NCBI GenBank assembly: GCA_028275325.1 | Contig: JAPWUW010000003.1 | Span: 1 to 36,127, forward strand | Direction of reading: 5' to 3' | DNA: 36,127 bases | Source: Anaerolineae bacterium | GTDB lineage: Bacteria; Chloroflexota; Anaerolineae; DRVO01 | Shown here: positions 34,035 to 36,127 of the stretch, one piece after another | Numbering within the stretch: the first letter of the stretch is position 1 | Layout of the letters: each line of letters begins with the position of its first letter | Position numbers and translations under genes: made by a program | The notes under the pieces: generated by a model | What the model was told of the DNA's origin: nothing | Database searches by the model: none | The model's input: only the letters and a program-made list of their open reading frames with translations

Positions 34035-36127
34035 CTAAAGCAGGTCAAGCGGGTCCACGTCAACCCGCCAACCTGCTGCAAGCGGTACGGACATGAGCAA
34101 TTGGCTGGCGCCTTCCCCGCGCAGAATGATGTGCCAACGGCTGCGGCCACGCAAGCGGGCGTAATAGCACGGGCTTGGCCCAATGATCTCCACGTCAGCC
34201 ACCTCGCCCTCAAGAATTGCTCTGTGCAGACGCCAGGCAAGCCTTCTCGCCGCGCTCTCGCAGATCTGTTCCGATTCATGCAAGAAAAGCAGCCGGATCA
34301 GCGGGCGCTCAGGTGGGTAACCCACGCGCCGGCGCCATTCCAGCTCACGGTCAGCGAAGTGCTCGTAGCCTTTCTGGAGGGCGTGGAGCGCGTAGTGCTC
34401 AGGGTGAAACGTCTGCACCAGCATCCGCCCTCCCCCCGAGCGAACCCGGCCAAGCAAATGGACGAGCAGCTGAAAAGTGCGTTCACTCGCCCGGTAATCG
34501 GGCAGCGATAGCATCGTATCAGGAAGCACGGCGGCCGCAAGCGTCACCTGGGGCAACGCCGGCTCAGTGGCAACAAGCTGAGTCCCTACGAGAACCTGCG
34601 CCTCGCCACGCGCGAACTCGCCCAGAACCTCATCCTTCCCATGAGAGCGGCGCTGCACATCACTATCCCATCGCAGCACCCGAACCCCGGGGAAGGCAGC
34701 CTGCACCTCCGCCTGCAGCCTTTGGGTACCCTTACCGCGCAAGCGTATGGCGCTGCTCCCGCAGAGTGGGCAGGAATCGGGCATCGGCTCCTCGTGCCGG
34801 CAACTGTGGCAGAGCAGCTTTTCCGTTCGACCACCTTCCTCTGCCTTCAGCGCATGCCCGACAAGCGCAAGGTCACAACGCGGGCAGCGCCAGACGAACC
34901 CACAAGCCGAGCAAACCACGAGCGTAGCCCTTCCGCGCCGGTTGAGGAGCAGGATTGCCTGTTGGTCATGACCCAACACCTGCTCGAGCGCGTCCCGGAG
35001 CTGCCGGCTCAAGAGGCCCGTGTTGCCTGCGCGTACTTCCTCGCGCATGTCAACAAGTTGCACAAGGTGCCCCGGCCAACTCTCGCCGCCCCAGCGCCCG
35101 GCGCGCAGCCGAGGCAAACACTGCAGCTCTCCCGCCTTGGCGCGACCGTACGTTCCCACATCGGGACACGCACTGGCAAGCACCACCACTGCCCCAAGCT
35201 GCGCAGCACGCCTGATTGCCACTTCCCTTGTGTGGTAGTGCGGCGATGCCGCCTGCTTGTAGGATACGTCCTCTTCCTCGTGCACGATGATCAGCCCAAG
35301 GCGTGACACCGGTGCAAAGAGCGCAAGGCGCGTCCCTATGACCACATCGGCCTTTCCCGCGCGCAGCCTCTCCCACTCCGCACACCGCTGGGCCTCCCCA
35401 AGCCCGCTGTGCTGCACAGCTAACCTGCCCGGGAAATGCTCACGGAGGCTCTGGACCAGTTGCTGCGTGAGGCTTATTTCCGGCACCAGGAGCACGGCGC
35501 GCCGGCCCGATGCAAGTGCCTCAGCAACCAGATGGACATACACCGGCAAGGCATTCGCCCCCGGGGCAAGCGGCAGCAGAAACCGCCCACCATCCCCCGC
35601 CCTGAGCGCGCGCACAATGGGCTGCACCACCGCCTTGTCCTCTGGCTCAAGTTCCGCGAGAGCCCCTGCAGTACAGCCCACTGACTCCACAACCCCGGCG
35701 CCGGCATCTGCAGCCGCCACCGCTCCCACCCTTATCAGCTCAGCGATGACCTGCCTGCCCGCGCCACAAACCTTCCTCAGCTCATGCTCGCAGAGTGGCT
35801 GACCGCTGTCATGGAGAGTGCGAAGCGCCCGGGCGGCAGCGTGCAGCCGGCGGGGCAGCGCCAGCTCATATGCGCGCTCCACAGGCACTGTCAGTGTCAC
35901 CATCGGGGGCACCCTGCTTTCCCTGGCCAACCCCTTTGACTTGAGCTCCGCAGCGGCTTCAGCGCTGAAGCCCTCCTGCTCAAGCTGTGAAAAGTATGCT
36001 TCCCCCAACGCCTGCAGCCGGCCAAGCAGCGCCGCTGCCTGGGCAGACAAGCCAGTGCCTGGCACCTCGCCATGAGCCGGCCGCAGGACCACCTCCTCCG
36101 GCAGCAGCTGCACAACGCCCGAAGACA
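34035..36127 (-). CDS. priA: Primosomal protein N' (PriA), 5'-truncated by window, helicase motifs degenerate
   Basis: LVPEISLT, HSGL, VIGTR.ALF, SYKQ...YH.RE, LLLNRRG, four CxxC, PDYRASERTF, YPP and VDVDP. The frame is open to the window edge. Confidence 0.92.
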   Translation of the reverse strand, partial: SSGVVQLLPEEVVLRPAHGEVPGTGLSAQAAALLGRLQALGEAYFSQLEQEGFSAEAAAELKSKGLARESRVPPMVTLTVPVERAYELALPRRLHAAARALRTLHDSGQPLCEHELRKVCGAGRQVIAELIRVGAVAAADAGAGVVESVGCTAGALAELEPEDKAVVQPIVRALRAGDGGRFLLPLAPGANALPVYVHLVAEALASGRRAVLLVPEISLTQQLVQSLREHFPGRLAVQHSGLGEAQRCAEWERLRAGKADVVIGTRLALFAPVSRLGLIIVHEEEDVSYKQAASPHYHTREVAIRRAAQLGAVVVLASACPDVGTYGRAKAGELQCLPRLRAGRWGGESWPGHLVQLVDMREEVRAGNTGLLSRQLRDALEQVLGHDQQAILLLNRRGRATLVVCSACGFVWRCPRCDLALVGHALKAEEGGRTEKLLCHSCRHEEPMPDSCPLCGSSAIRLRGKGTQRLQAEVQAAFPGVRVLRWDSDVQRRSHGKDEVLGEFARGEAQVLVGTQLVATEPALPQVTLAAAVLPDTMLSLPDYRASERTFQLLVHLLGRVRSGGGRMLVQTFHPEHYALHALQKGYEHFADRELEWRRRVGYPPERPLIRLLFLHESEQICESAARRLAWRLHRAILEGEVADVEIIGPSPCYYARLRGRSRWHIILRGEGASQLLMSVPLAAGWRVDVDPLDLL

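Noticed and set aside
36-36115. Many long ORFs antisense to or frame-shifted within called genes (e.g. 2070-3179, 23060-24505, 29490-31019, 12038-13099)
   Set aside because: These are shadow ORFs expected at high GC; they have no family motifs and fully overlap well-supported genes.
1-36127. CRISPR arrays, tRNA/rRNA, IS elements, prophage or a compositional island
   Set aside because: No spaced repeats, cloverleafs, transposase/integrase motifs or GC shift were seen by eye; a dedicated scan would be needed to exclude small RNAs.

Overview
GC-rich, densely coded bacterial chromosomal window with about 34 CDS, mostly on the minus strand. I saw no rRNA, tRNA, CRISPR array or mobile element. Protein styles (a 'YFxxTGH' repeat surface protein, a D1-less S1 paralog beside ftsK, the UvsE type) suggest Chloroflexota, probably Anaerolineae-like; this is an inference. 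Content: an S1-like/FtsK/IF-1-like/LysE/DUF72 run, CoaE, a sugar isomerase, RseP, a hybrid sensor kinase, SuhB, UvsE, an FMN-binding glutamate synthase family protein, a sulfatase-like enzyme, FabH, nitroreductases, a radical SAM pair, a GT87-like glycosyltransferase, AraD, Fpg/Nei, an Asp-box glycosidase and PriA. The most striking pattern is five uninterrupted ORFs from unrelated families (M1 peptidase, hybrid histidine kinase, alkaline-phosphatase superfamily, Hanks kinase, PriA helicase) that have lost catalytic residues but keep scaffold and targeting features. Several structured 5' leaders are also visible: ANTAR-like twin hairpins, a pseudoknot and an RBS-occluding hairpin. All family calls come from motif recognition by eye; no searches were run.
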